DNA from: Nanoarchaeales archaeon
GTDB lineage: Archaea; Nanobdellota; Nanobdellia; Woesearchaeales; UBA583
Assembly: GCA_013215525.1 (NCBI GenBank)
Contig: JABSQY010000005.1
Coordinates: 1-50,375 of the forward strand
Reading direction: 5' to 3'
DNA length: 50,375 nt
Below the pieces are notes generated by a model that did no database searches, had not been told where the DNA came from, and saw nothing but the letters and a program-made list of their open reading frames with translations. Both the position numbers and the translations under genes were made by a program. Positions 1-9,872 of this stretch are shown here, in pieces (the stretch's first letter is position 1; the number at the start of each line of letters is the position of its first letter).

Positions 1-190
1 ATCTGTTGTCAATATTGGCATGCAGAGCAGCTACGCTCTCGAGGATAAATGCTGAAAGCATCTAAGCATGAAACCTCCCTCTAAAAAAGATACATTGATC
101 TCTCATAAAAGATGAGTTTGATAGGCTCGGGGTGTAATTTAGAAGCTCACGCGACTAAGTCAGCCCGCGAGTACTAACGATTATTTTGTA
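1..190 (+). rRNA. Large-subunit (23S) rRNA, 3'-terminal fragment; the gene continues upstream of the window
   Basis: Conserved 23S 3'-domain strings GCTGAAAGCATCTAAGC (51-67), GATAGGCTCGGGGTGTAA and GAGTACTAAC (~169-178). Clearly more GC-rich than the AT-rich spacer starting ~190. The 3' boundary is approximate. Confidence 0.85.
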
Positions 191-474
191 TGAACATACA
201 ACAACTATTCATATTTAACCGCGTATTCCGTTCTGTACATTTTTCATAATGTAGAGAACTCAATTAAATTAAATATTATTCTAAACAAAAACAATTATTA
301 AAACATAAAATTTTACTATCTTCGATTATTTACTTATATTATTAGTAAGAATTTTACTATGTAAAAATTATATTTTATTCAAATCTTATTAATTTGATAA
401 ATTATTTACATAGTATTAACTTTATTTAATTAAAAATAATTACTTTTATAAATTAAAAACATTATATTAATATT

Positions 475-2352
475 ATGGTTATTGAAATTTTATCATCTGA
501 GTTAATTGATCAGATTGCTGCTGGGGAAGTTATTGAAAATCCTTCTGCTGTTATTAAAGAATTAGTTGAAAATTCTATTGATTCTGGTGCTACTGAAATT
601 GAGATTGAATTAGTTGATTCAGGTTTAACTTCTATTAGAATTATTGATAATGGGTGTGGGATTTCTAAAGAAGATTTATTAAAAGCTCCATTACGACATG
701 CTACTTCTAAAATTAAATCATTTAATGATTTATATTCTATTAATACTATGGGATTTCGAGGTGAAGCGCTTGCATCTATTTTTTCTGTTGCAAAAACTAG
801 AATTATTTCTAAATTTAAGGATTCTGATTTAACTTTTGAAATTAATTCAGAAAATATTTCAGGTGTGATTACAAGTTCTTGTTCTAAGTCTACAACTATT
901 ATTGTTGAAGATTTATTTTATAAAACTCCTGCGCGTAAAAAGTATTTAAAATCAAATACTATGGAATTAAAATCTATTGTTGAGATTGTAAATCGGTTTG
1001 AAGTTTTTTATAATAATATTAAAATTACTTTAAAAAATAATAATAAAATATTAATTAATAAACCTAAATTTGAATCAAAATATGATAATTTGATTTATGT
1101 ACTTGGTAGAGATTTAAAAAATAATTTATTTGAGTTTGATGAAAGTTCTAATGGGATTCGTGTTTATGGATTTATTGGAAAACCAACTTCAATTAGTTAT
1201 TCATTTGTTAAAAATCAATATTTTTTTGTAAATGAAAGATTTATTAAATCAAAATTATTACGTGATGCTGTTTATGAAGGTATGCGTAATACTTTAATGG
1301 TTGGACGTCATCCTTTGTTTGTGTTGTGTGTTGATATCGATCCTGAAATTATTGATGTTAATATCCATCCTACAAAAATTGAAATTAAATTTGAGAATGA
1401 ATTAGAAATTTTTGAATTTTTAAAATCTGCTGTAATTAAACAATTTGAAACACAGACAAATTTTAAAGAGTTTGAAGAACCTGTTAAAGAATATGATCTT
1501 GATTTATCTGATAAAATTAATGTTGTTAAACCTTATGATTTAAATTCTACAAATAAATTAAAATCTTTTGTCAAAGAACAAAAAAAAGATGTTTCTAAGT
1601 ATTATACTTCTGATTCTCAAAAAAGTTTTGAAGTTAATGAGGATGAAGTTGAATATGTGAGAACTCCAGTTGAAGAAATTAGTGAAAATATTTCGGATGG
1701 AGAAAAATCAGTTGAGAGAGAACTTGAAGAAGAAATTATTAAAGGTCCATTGTATGATGAATTATCTGACTTTAAAATTATTGGTCAATTAAATAAAACA
1801 TATATTATGGTTGAAACACCAAAAGAATTATTATTAGTTGATCAACATGTTGCTGAAGAAAAATTTTACTTTGAACAATTTAAAAAACAAATAATTGATG
1901 AAGGGAAATCTGCAGCTACACAGATGCTTATAAAATCTGAAATTATTCATTTAACTACTTCAGAAATGCTTGGTTTTGAAGAAAATATTTCAAGTTTAAT
2001 TAGTGTAGGTTTTGAAGTTGAAAAATTTGGAGATAATGAAGTTATTGTGCGTGGGGTTCCTGTGTCTGTTCGTCGTAATATTTTAAATGCTAATGATTTA
2101 AAAGATATGCTTTATGATGTTGTTGTTAATAAAAAAATTAAATGTGTTGAGGATGAAAAATTTTCAAAAGTAGCATCAATGGCGTGTCGTATCGCTATTA
2201 TGGCTGGAGATGAATTAACTATGGTTCAAATGAAAAAAATAGTTGAAAATTTAAGAACTTTAAAACAACCTTTTAATTGTCCACACGGAAGACCTACATT
2301 TTTAAAATATTCTTTTTATGAATTAGAAAAAAAATTTAAGAGAGTTGTATAA
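475..2352 (+). CDS. mutL: DNA mismatch repair protein MutL (endonuclease-type)
   Basis: 625-aa ORF. N-terminal GHKL ATPase motifs (ELVENSIDSGA, DNGCGI). C-terminal endonuclease motifs DQHVAEEKFYFE, MACR and CPHGRP. Confidence 0.93.
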   Translation: MVIEILSSELIDQIAAGEVIENPSAVIKELVENSIDSGATEIEIELVDSGLTSIRIIDNGCGISKEDLLKAPLRHATSKIKSFNDLYSINTMGFRGEALASIFSVAKTRIISKFKDSDLTFEINSENISGVITSSCSKSTTIIVEDLFYKTPARKKYLKSNTMELKSIVEIVNRFEVFYNNIKITLKNNNKILINKPKFESKYDNLIYVLGRDLKNNLFEFDESSNGIRVYGFIGKPTSISYSFVKNQYFFVNERFIKSKLLRDAVYEGMRNTLMVGRHPLFVLCVDIDPEIIDVNIHPTKIEIKFENELEIFEFLKSAVIKQFETQTNFKEFEEPVKEYDLDLSDKINVVKPYDLNSTNKLKSFVKEQKKDVSKYYTSDSQKSFEVNEDEVEYVRTPVEEISENISDGEKSVERELEEEIIKGPLYDELSDFKIIGQLNKTYIMVETPKELLLVDQHVAEEKFYFEQFKKQIIDEGKSAATQMLIKSEIIHLTTSEMLGFEENISSLISVGFEVEKFGDNEVIVRGVPVSVRRNILNANDLKDMLYDVVVNKKIKCVEDEKFSKVASMACRIAIMAGDELTMVQMKKIVENLRTLKQPFNCPHGRPTFLKYSFYELEKKFKRVV

Positions 2353-3270
2353 ATGGATTTTAATAAAGTTTTAATTACTTCATATAATCATTGTGACTTA
2401 GATGGTTTTAGTTGTAGTTTAGCTTATAATGAATATTTATTAAATTTGGGAGTTGATTCAGTTGTAAAATTTGAGGGTCCGATTACTTTAGAAGTATCTA
2501 TAGTTTGTGAAAAATTTAATTTAAATTTTGATTTGGGAAAAAAATCAGATTTTGAAAATAGAGAAATTGTATTATTAGATCATTCATCTCCTACTCATAT
2601 TTCTAAATTTATTGATATCTCTAAAGTTGTTTTAGTTATGGATCATAGAAAAGTTCATAATGCTCATTTATTTAAAAATGCAAAAACTCAAATTGAATTA
2701 GTTGCATCGTGTGCTACTTTAATTACTGAAAAATTTATTGAAAAAAATATGAAAATTTCAACAGATATTGCAAATATTTTATATTTAACAATTATGTCTA
2801 ATTCAATAAAATTAAATGCTAAAATAACGACCAGTAGGGATAGAGAAGCTTTAGAATATATTAAACAATTTCAAAATATTAAAGAAGATTTTATTGATAT
2901 TTTATTTAAAAAAAAATCAATAATTACTAATGTTACAGAAGCTTTATATAATGATTTTGCAGTATTTGATAAATTTAATTTATGTATTACTCAACTTGAA
3001 ATTTATGATGTTGATTTATTTTTAGAAAAAAATATAAATGAAATTTTAGATTATATTTTAATTTATAAAAAAGAAAATAATTTAAAATATACTTTTTTAA
3101 CTTTAATTGATTTAAAATTATGTAAAAACTATTTAGTTTGTAATGATTTAGATTTACAAGATATATTAACTACTACATTTAATAATACTTTTAATAATAA
3201 TATTCTGGTTCAAGATAAGATTTATTTCAGAAAAGAAATAGTTCCTTTAATTTGTGAAAAATTAAATTAA
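2353..3270 (+). CDS. DHH/DHHA2 phosphoesterase, family II (Mn-dependent) inorganic pyrophosphatase-like, divergent
   Basis: Start codon directly follows the mutL stop. By eye it aligns along its length with PpaC: NHCDLDG, LLDHS, MDHRKV (the DHH position reads DHR), a C-terminal FRKEIVP matching SRKKQVVP. Confidence 0.65.
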   Translation: MDFNKVLITSYNHCDLDGFSCSLAYNEYLLNLGVDSVVKFEGPITLEVSIVCEKFNLNFDLGKKSDFENREIVLLDHSSPTHISKFIDISKVVLVMDHRKVHNAHLFKNAKTQIELVASCATLITEKFIEKNMKISTDIANILYLTIMSNSIKLNAKITTSRDREALEYIKQFQNIKEDFIDILFKKKSIITNVTEALYNDFAVFDKFNLCITQLEIYDVDLFLEKNINEILDYILIYKKENNLKYTFLTLIDLKLCKNYLVCNDLDLQDILTTTFNNTFNNNILVQDKIYFRKEIVPLICEKLN

Positions 3271-3364
3271 TTTTATAAATTAATTTATTTTTAATTTTAA
3301 AATTTAAAAATTTAAAAATTTTATTTAATAATTATATTTGTTAGATTAAAGATGCTAACAAAAC

Positions 3365-3372
3365 TTTATATA
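3365..3372 (+). promoter_or_regulatory. TATA-like box upstream of the peroxiredoxin gene
   Basis: TTTATATA centred ~25 nt upstream of ATG 3394. The same spacing recurs at many genes in the window, which suggests short or absent leaders. Confidence 0.4.
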
Positions 3373-3393
3373 CTTAGTTTGATATAAACTAAT

Positions 3394-3957
3394 ATGGTTA
3401 AATTAAATATTGACGCGCCAACTTTTAAGACAGAGGCTTACCACAATGGTGAGTTTAGAACAGTTAGTTTAGATGATTACAAAGGAAAATTTGTAGTTTT
3501 ATTTTTCTATCCTGCTGATTTTACATTTGTATGTCCTACTGAGTTAGAAGATATGGCAAATAATTATGAAGAATTACAAAAAATGAATGTTGAAGTTTTA
3601 TCAGTTTCTACTGATACACACTTTGTACACGCTGCATGGCATAATGAATCACCTATGATTGGAAAAATTAATTTTCCTATGTTAGGAGATGCAAATCATG
3701 AAATCTCAACTGCATATGATGTTTTAAGAGATGGACAAGGAGTAGCAGATAGAGCAACTATTGTAATCGATCCTGATCAAAAGATTAAGGCAATTGAGAT
3801 TACTGATGAACCTATTGGTAGAAATGCAACTGAATTATTAAGAAAACTTAAAGCTTTAATTTTTGCAAGAAGTAATCCTAGTTTAGCATGTCCTGCTAAA
3901 TGGGAAGAAGGAAAAGATACATTAAAACCAGGTTTAGACCTAGTTGGTAAATTATAA
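3394..3957 (+). CDS. 2-Cys peroxiredoxin (AhpC/Tsa family)
   Basis: Peroxidatic motif FTFVCPTE and resolving Cys in LACPAKW. Typical 187-aa length. Confidence 0.92.
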   Translation: MVKLNIDAPTFKTEAYHNGEFRTVSLDDYKGKFVVLFFYPADFTFVCPTELEDMANNYEELQKMNVEVLSVSTDTHFVHAAWHNESPMIGKINFPMLGDANHEISTAYDVLRDGQGVADRATIVIDPDQKIKAIEITDEPIGRNATELLRKLKALIFARSNPSLACPAKWEEGKDTLKPGLDLVGKL

Positions 3958-4038
3958 TTTTGACTTTGTCAAAATTACTAATTATTTTTATTCTAGTTGT
4001 AACATCAATTTAAGTAATAAGTTTACTATGTTAAATTT

Positions 4039-4689
4039 ATGACTAATAAAATTATTCCAACAGTTTTTGCACTTGATACAGAAACTTTTGAAAAAAAATT
4101 AAAAATTCTTGAGTTTTGTGAAAATATCCATATTGATTTTATGAGTGGAGATTTTACTCCAAAAGCTACAGTTAATTTTTCAGAGATGAATTCCATATTA
4201 AAATATCCTAATAAAACTTTTCAAGTTCACCTAATGGCTAAAAATCCAATTCAATATCTTAATTCAATTAAATTCTTAAATATTAAAACAGTTTTGATTC
4301 AAGAAGAAGTTTTTGAGACTAAAGATGATTTATCAAATTGTATTCATCAATTTAAAGATGAAGGGATAGATGTATTTGTAGTTTTAAACCCTGATACTTC
4401 ATATGATAGAGTTAAGAACTTTTTTGACATTATTGATGGGATTATGCTTATGTCTGTTTTTCCTGGTGCTGAGGGTCAACCTTTTATTGAAAATACCTAT
4501 AATAAAATTGAAGAATTAAAAAGTATGATTGGTGATAGTTTCCCAATACAAATTGATGGTGGAGTTTCAGATTTGAACTCAGAATTACTAATAAAAAGTG
4601 GTGCAAATAATTTATGTGTTGGAAGTTTTGTATCTAGTTCAAAAGACCCATTTTCAAACTATCAAAAGTTAGTAAATCTAATCAAATAG
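4039..4689 (+). CDS. rpe: Ribulose-phosphate 3-epimerase family protein (divergent)
   Basis: Motifs HIDFMSGDF, VHLM, MSVFPGAEGQPF (compare PGFGGQxF), IQIDGGV and VGSF in the canonical Rpe order. 216 aa. Confidence 0.7.
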   Translation: MTNKIIPTVFALDTETFEKKLKILEFCENIHIDFMSGDFTPKATVNFSEMNSILKYPNKTFQVHLMAKNPIQYLNSIKFLNIKTVLIQEEVFETKDDLSNCIHQFKDEGIDVFVVLNPDTSYDRVKNFFDIIDGIMLMSVFPGAEGQPFIENTYNKIEELKSMIGDSFPIQIDGGVSDLNSELLIKSGANNLCVGSFVSSSKDPFSNYQKLVNLIK

Positions 4690-4767
4690 TATAAATTTAT
4701 TAGCATTTTTTTCACGAGTTTAGGTAAAACAAAGATTATATATACCATTTTTTTCATATTATATTTA

Positions 4768-5073
4768 ATGGTTGTAAAGGTTACTTTGGACTACGAATTT
4801 TATGAGGTGCTTAATGCATTTCCAATTCTATCTAATTTTTTTGAAAAGGATTTGAAGCTTTCTTTAAAGAGAGTAGTTGAAGGAGAATCAGTAAATGATT
4901 TTTTTGAGAAATTTAATTTATCTTTATTTGAGAAAGATACAGTTTTAAGACAAGTTAATACAAAATTAAGAGAGTTTTTCGCTAAACCTTTGAAATTGGC
5001 AGTTGCTGATGATGCACTTGTTGAAGAAGAATATGTTGATGATATTGTGTCTGCTGATGAAGAAGAGGAATAA
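4768..5073 (+). CDS. Hypothetical small protein with acidic C-terminal tail
   Basis: 101-aa ORF with a TATA-like ATTATATATA ~28 nt upstream. No recognisable family. Confidence 0.45.
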   Translation: MVVKVTLDYEFYEVLNAFPILSNFFEKDLKLSLKRVVEGESVNDFFEKFNLSLFEKDTVLRQVNTKLREFFAKPLKLAVADDALVEEEYVDDIVSADEEEE

Positions 5074-5118
5074 TTTTAAAATAATTAATGATTTATTTTT
5101 ATTTTAAAAATAAAATAT

Positions 5119-5646
5119 TTAAAGATTTTGTTTTTTCATGTGGTCTTCTATAATTTCTTCAATTCTAGTATTTCCAAATTCAAATTCTCTAGTCTTGATA
5201 TCACGATTAGTTTTTTCTACAGTATATCCTATTTTTTTAACTGCACTTTCTATTATATTGCATGTAGTGAATACATATGTTTTATTAGTTGGAAGAAATT
5301 TTATATTTTCTAATGGTTCTGTTATAAATCCATCTACAAAATAAAGATATAAATCTGATTTAGGTACTTTTTCATTATTAAAATGATCTAGTAAATCGCA
5401 GATGTGAATTTTATTTTTATCAAATCCTTCTTTATTTATTCTTCTTTTCATTATATCGCATGGGTATAGTGCGTGTGGAGTTAAATACAGTTCAATATCG
5501 TATTTATTACTACTATTTAATTTTCGATATTTGAAAAGTGAGTTCATGTGTGAATCATCATAAATTGTAATTTTTGGTTTTGTTGCCATACTTAAGTAAC
5601 TCATAAATATTATATAACTAACTGTTGCACTAGTTACTGATAGCAA
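5119..5646 (-). CDS. Hypothetical protein
   Basis: 175-aa ORF. The listed start abuts the trmB-like start with no promoter space. The internal Met (MATKPK, start codon 5587-5589) is more plausible and leaves a shared palindromic ATATTATATAA box between the divergent genes. Confidence 0.5.
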   Translation of the reverse strand: MLSVTSATVSYIIFMSYLSMATKPKITIYDDSHMNSLFKYRKLNSSNKYDIELYLTPHALYPCDIMKRRINKEGFDKNKIHICDLLDHFNNEKVPKSDLYLYFVDGFITEPLENIKFLPTNKTYVFTTCNIIESAVKKIGYTVEKTNRDIKTREFEFGNTRIEEIIEDHMKKQNL

Positions 5647-6381
5647 ATGATTGATAAATTAATTGAGATAGGATTAAATAAAAGTGAAGCTAAAATCTAT
5701 TTAAGTTTAGTACATAAAGGTTCAGCTATTGCCTCTGATTTAGTTAAATCTACAGGAATACATAGAAACATTATATACGATAATTTGGATAAACTTATTT
5801 TAAAAGGTCTTGTATCTTATATTACTGAGGGTTCAAAAAAAAGATTTTTTGCACAAAAAGCTGATTCTCTTGAAGAATTTGTGGATGAAAAACAAAAAAT
5901 ACTTGATGAAGAAAAACAAAAAATTTCAAAATTAGTTCCTCAAATTCAAGATATTTTAAATTCATCAGATTCTAAACAAGATGTTATGATTTTTAGAGGT
6001 AAATTGGGAATTAAAAAAATAATTTTAGAAACTTTAACTTCAGATGAGTTTTGGGTTTTTGGAGTTAGTAATGCTTCAGTTGATTTATTAGGTGAACTTT
6101 TTTGGAAAAATTTTAATGTTAAGCGAAAACATGGAAAAATTAAAGAACATTTACTTTATAATCCAGATTTTAAAAATGTAGTTAATATTGAAGAAGATAA
6201 TTTAAGTGAAACTAGAAAATTACCTAATGAATTAAATCAAGTAACAGAATTCTTTTTATTTGATAATAAAGTTGCAATTATAGTTTATTCTGAAGATCCA
6301 ATTGCGATTTTAATTGAAAATAAACTTGTATTTTTAGTATTTTTACAACAATTTAATTTTTTATGGAAATTATCAAAATAA
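5647..6381 (+). CDS. TrmB-family transcriptional regulator
   Basis: N-terminal winged HTH LGLNKSEAKIYLSLVHKGSAIASDLVKSTGIHRNIIYDNLDKLILKGLVSY, typical of the archaeal TrmB family. 244 aa. Confidence 0.8.
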   Translation: MIDKLIEIGLNKSEAKIYLSLVHKGSAIASDLVKSTGIHRNIIYDNLDKLILKGLVSYITEGSKKRFFAQKADSLEEFVDEKQKILDEEKQKISKLVPQIQDILNSSDSKQDVMIFRGKLGIKKIILETLTSDEFWVFGVSNASVDLLGELFWKNFNVKRKHGKIKEHLLYNPDFKNVVNIEEDNLSETRKLPNELNQVTEFFLFDNKVAIIVYSEDPIAILIENKLVFLVFLQQFNFLWKLSK

Positions 6382-6418
6382 TTTATATTTTTATTAAAAA
6401 TATTTATGCTAATTTAAA

Positions 6419-6724
6419 TTACTTCAACATGAAACGCTTTATATGTTCACATCTAGGACAAGTATAATTTTTTGTCATAGTTTTGGAATCAAATCTAATT
6501 TTTTGTAAATTATCTTTTTCAAAGTATAATGAACATTTTTGACAGAATAATAATTTTTGTTCTCTTGTTAATCTAATATTAAATCCTTGTGAAATTTTTT
6601 TAATTTCTCTAATATAATGATTGTCAAATTCAGGATTCTTACGACTTTTTAGCAATTCTATAAAAAAATCAAGGTTTTCTTTTCCCAAATTTGCTTGAAG
6701 TTGTTTTCTATCCTTATTTTTCAC
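6419..6724 (-). CDS. rnp4: RNase P protein component 4 (Rpp21/Rpr2 family)
   Basis: 101 aa, helical N-terminus plus zinc ribbon CQKC...CPRC. Lies in an information-processing operon. Confidence 0.75.
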   Translation of the reverse strand: MKNKDRKQLQANLGKENLDFFIELLKSRKNPEFDNHYIREIKKISQGFNIRLTREQKLLFCQKCSLYFEKDNLQKIRFDSKTMTKNYTCPRCEHIKRFMLK

Positions 6725-6738
6725 TTTTTATTTTATTA

Positions 6739-7242
6739 TTAGAATACTTTTCCATAATCTAATTTTCTTGATTTAGACATGTATGTTAGAAATTCTTTAT
6801 CTCTATGTGACATACAACCTAAATTATCTTTATTGTATACTACAATTTTAAATGGAGCTGAACTTGTAAACTCTACTTGTTCAACTTCTTCAACAAATAG
6901 ATTTTCAGCTGTAACGTATGATTTCATTGCTTTCTCATCTAATTTGATATAATTTTTAGTAGGAATAATCATTTTACTTCCCTCTAAACTTAACCTAAAT
7001 TTAGTTTCAGAATGAAAAATTCCAAAATAAATTCCTAATGAATTTACTCTTTCCAGATTTAATTTATCAATGTCAATTTTAGATAACATGATTTTATCTT
7101 TTGAAGTTATATACATGATGTAATCATTTAGAAAACTTGTATCAAATCCATAATCTATTTCTAAATTTTTAATTAAATCTTTTGTTCTTTCTTCATTTAA
7201 TTTTGTAAAATTCATAAATTTAGGGCCTTTATTTTGTCTCAT
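6739..7242 (-). CDS. NIP7-like pre-rRNA processing protein (PUA domain)
   Basis: The segment SLGIYFGIFHSETKFRLSLEGSKMIIP matches the eukaryotic/archaeal NIP7 core (SLGTCFGKFTKTHKFRLHV). 167 aa. Confidence 0.6.
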   Translation of the reverse strand: MRQNKGPKFMNFTKLNEERTKDLIKNLEIDYGFDTSFLNDYIMYITSKDKIMLSKIDIDKLNLERVNSLGIYFGIFHSETKFRLSLEGSKMIIPTKNYIKLDEKAMKSYVTAENLFVEEVEQVEFTSSAPFKIVVYNKDNLGCMSHRDKEFLTYMSKSRKLDYGKVF

Positions 7243-7316
7243 TTTAAAATTAGTGTTTTGTATTTATTAAATAAAATTTATAATTTATTATATTAAATTA
7301 TAAATTTGTTATTATA

Positions 7317-7505
7317 TTAGTATTTGATTGCAAATTTACCGTTTCCAGTAGTTTTTGCTTTATCTGCAACAACTGAATTATCATTTTCAAAAATTACAAT
7401 TGTTCCTTTGTACTTATCAGCAAATTGTCTTGAATTACAATTCCCGCAAACATCTTCTTTAGTCAAATGTCCACATTCTTTACATGCCTTATCTTTTACT
7501 ACCAT
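7317..7505 (-). CDS. spt4: Transcription elongation factor Spt4 / RNA polymerase subunit E''
   Basis: 62 aa with zinc ribbon CKECGH...CGNC. Starts 1 nt after the rpoE' stop, the canonical archaeal arrangement. Confidence 0.85.
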   Translation of the reverse strand: MVVKDKACKECGHLTKEDVCGNCNSRQFADKYKGTIVIFENDNSVVADKAKTTGNGKFAIKY

Positions 7506-7506
7506 T

Positions 7507-8037
7507 TTATTCGCTTGTTAACCAGTTTTCACATCCTAAACCTGGTTGTCTCATTGTTAATCCAACTTTCACGTTTCTGATATCTCTAAAAGATACAGCA
7601 ACAACAGCTGCTTTTACTTTGTCTCCAGCTTTTAGGCTTTGACCTGTTTCTGTTCCTTGAATCATTCCAGTATTACTGAAAGATACTTGATCAATCATTG
7701 TTTGAGATAAGTGAACCATACCATCAATCATTCCAAGATTTACAAATACTCCAAAGTTAGTTACTGAACTTACTTCTCCTTGCATTACTTCATGTAATTC
7801 AGGTTTAAATGTAATGATTGTAAATTCTACAACATAGTGTCTAGAAGCGTCTTCAGGTAACTTAAAACCATCACCAATGGAATCTACTCCTTCAACTGTG
7901 ATTACTAAACCGAAATCTTCAGTTGTTTTATCTTTATAATTTCTAATCAATTGTTCTTTAATTGATTCGTTTAAATTTCCGTTAAATAATTCTGGACTTA
8001 AATCCACATAATCTTTTAATTTTATTTTATAGAACAT
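7507..8037 (-). CDS. rpoE: DNA-directed RNA polymerase subunit E' (Rpo7), S1 domain
   Basis: 176 aa, N-terminal Rpb7-like fold plus S1 domain (GEVSSVTNFGVFVNLG..DGMVHLSQ). Followed by spt4. Confidence 0.9.
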   Translation of the reverse strand: MFYKIKLKDYVDLSPELFNGNLNESIKEQLIRNYKDKTTEDFGLVITVEGVDSIGDGFKLPEDASRHYVVEFTIITFKPELHEVMQGEVSSVTNFGVFVNLGMIDGMVHLSQTMIDQVSFSNTGMIQGTETGQSLKAGDKVKAAVVAVSFRDIRNVKVGLTMRQPGLGCENWLTSE

Positions 8038-8218
8038 CTTAAAAAAATAAGTTGAATTGTGTTTATAAAGTTTATTATCTACTGATTTTATTTAATTTAT
8101 AATTTATTTAGAATTATGGACTTTAATTACTTTAAAAAGAGAAAATAGATGTTTTATTTTATCTTTTTTTCTTGATTTTTTTTATATTTCTTTTAAATTT
8201 ATTTCATATTTGTCTTGA

Positions 8219-9367
8219 TTATCTATGTTTTTTTACCTCATTTTTCACCATAATTTGAAGATTTTTTAATAATTCTTGAGTCATTTTTGGAATATTCCAT
8301 TTTTCTTTTTCGTGTGAATGTAAATCCTCGTCAACGATTGAAGAATGAATTTCTTTATCAACTGAGATTATGTGGTTTCCATGTGAGAGTAATAATTTAA
8401 TGTCAACTTTTCTCATATGTGTTCCTATTGTATTCCCAATTGTTTTTACAGATAGTTTAAGATTATCATAATCTGACATTTTTGCAATTTTATCCATTGC
8501 TCTTCTTGAATAAATATCAATTAATTCATATTCATCTTCATATAACTTTCCTCCTCCAAGTATTTCTAAATGGTATTTTTCTACTTTATTATCTTCTCTA
8601 ATTAATCTAAATATATCTTTATATGAAAGCACAGTGTAGATTTCATTATCTTGATTACTTTGTGTTTCAGCCTCATTACCATTTGTTACAATGATTGAAA
8701 CTAATGATTTATTACTTAATATTTCAAGTGCATCTCGTATAGTTGAATGTTTAGATATTGTTAATGGTTTTTTATTGTAGATATTTGAAATTGGTAAATT
8801 TAATATTGAATCTTGTTTTTCACTAAAATATGAAGTTTTTTCATGATTACCATTTTTAAATAATTCATTTACAAGTAAATCCATTGGTCTAAGTTCTCCA
8901 ATAATTTGTAGTTTGTCAAGTACTGGAAGTAAATTTGTTTTTTTAGTTTTAAATAAAGATTTTGCAGAAGATATTTTATCATCTTCGTTTAATGCAAAAA
9001 TTTCGTGTCTACTGTTTGCTGAATCTATTGTTTGATTTAAAAAGGTATAATCATTATCTAATATTTCTTTAAATGCATCAGATAAATCATATATGTCATT
9101 TTCACTTGCTTTTATTACTAAATCGCCAGATTCTATTAATCTATTTAAACAATCACATTTAATTTTTGAATCACAATTTGAAAGCGGACGTTTGAGTGTT
9201 TTTAATTTCTCATTAACATCCTTTACATTTAAAGCAATTTCTCTAAAGTCCACATATGAGTTTCCATTTTCAAGGATAATATATCTTGAATTTTTTTTAT
9301 CATTTATTTCTTTTAAGAAATTTCCTACAGTGCTTTGCTCGTCGATTTTATAATAATTTTTTAACAT
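8219..9367 (-). CDS. Hypothetical protein, possible CBS-pair-like segments
   Basis: 382-aa ORF. The stretches TIRDALEILSNKSLVSIIVTN and YTVLSYKDIFRLI resemble CBS modules. Assignment is weak. Confidence 0.4.
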   Translation of the reverse strand: MLKNYYKIDEQSTVGNFLKEINDKKNSRYIILENGNSYVDFREIALNVKDVNEKLKTLKRPLSNCDSKIKCDCLNRLIESGDLVIKASENDIYDLSDAFKEILDNDYTFLNQTIDSANSRHEIFALNEDDKISSAKSLFKTKKTNLLPVLDKLQIIGELRPMDLLVNELFKNGNHEKTSYFSEKQDSILNLPISNIYNKKPLTISKHSTIRDALEILSNKSLVSIIVTNGNEAETQSNQDNEIYTVLSYKDIFRLIREDNKVEKYHLEILGGGKLYEDEYELIDIYSRRAMDKIAKMSDYDNLKLSVKTIGNTIGTHMRKVDIKLLLSHGNHIISVDKEIHSSIVDEDLHSHEKEKWNIPKMTQELLKNLQIMVKNEVKKHR

Positions 9368-9691
9368 TTTGTATCACCGATTCTCTATGACGTGACTACT
9401 TATTAAACCTTATTTACATTTACTAAGTTACAAATATCTAGTCGAAATTTTTAACTTTTGAAACTTATATAGTTTTCGTTTTTTGTGATCATTTATTATA
9501 TTTATCAATATTTTTTATTATTTTTATTATATTTGTTTACTTATGAGTTTTTAGAAGACTTGTAAAGTTAAGAAAAATTAAAACTTTCTAATTCTTTTTG
9601 AAATCAAAAATATTCAAAAAGTTTTTAAATAGATTTTAATTTATTTTAGTATTGAGAAAGAAATTCATTAGTTTGAACTTTACTTAATTTA

Positions 9692-9766
9692 TCCTCCTTT
9701 AGTGTAGCCCGGCCTATCATGCCACCCTCTCACGGTGGCGACTCGGGTTCAAATCCCGAAGGGAGG
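9692..9766 (+). tRNA. tRNA-Glu (anticodon CUC), no encoded CCA
   Basis: Hand-folded. 7-bp acceptor stem CCTCCTT/AGGGAGG with one G-U. D-arm GTGTAGCCCGGCCTATCAT, typical of archaeal tRNA-Glu. Anticodon stem CCACC/GGTGG with loop CTCTCAC. T-arm TCGGG-TTCAAAT-CCCGA. A T-run follows. Confidence 0.9.
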
Positions 9767-9872
9767 GCTTTTTTTATTCTAAAATTTTATTAATTAAAAT
9801 TTGTTAGAAATATTTGTACTATTCTGTTTATTTTTTAATAAGTAAAATTTAGTATATTAATTAAAAATTTAA

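Noticed and set aside
190-474. A 5S rRNA or tRNA gene in the spacer after the 23S 3' end.
   Set aside because: The spacer is almost pure A/T apart from a short imperfect hairpin (~225-265) that looks like a processing or terminator stem. No 5S-like or cloverleaf structure could be folded.
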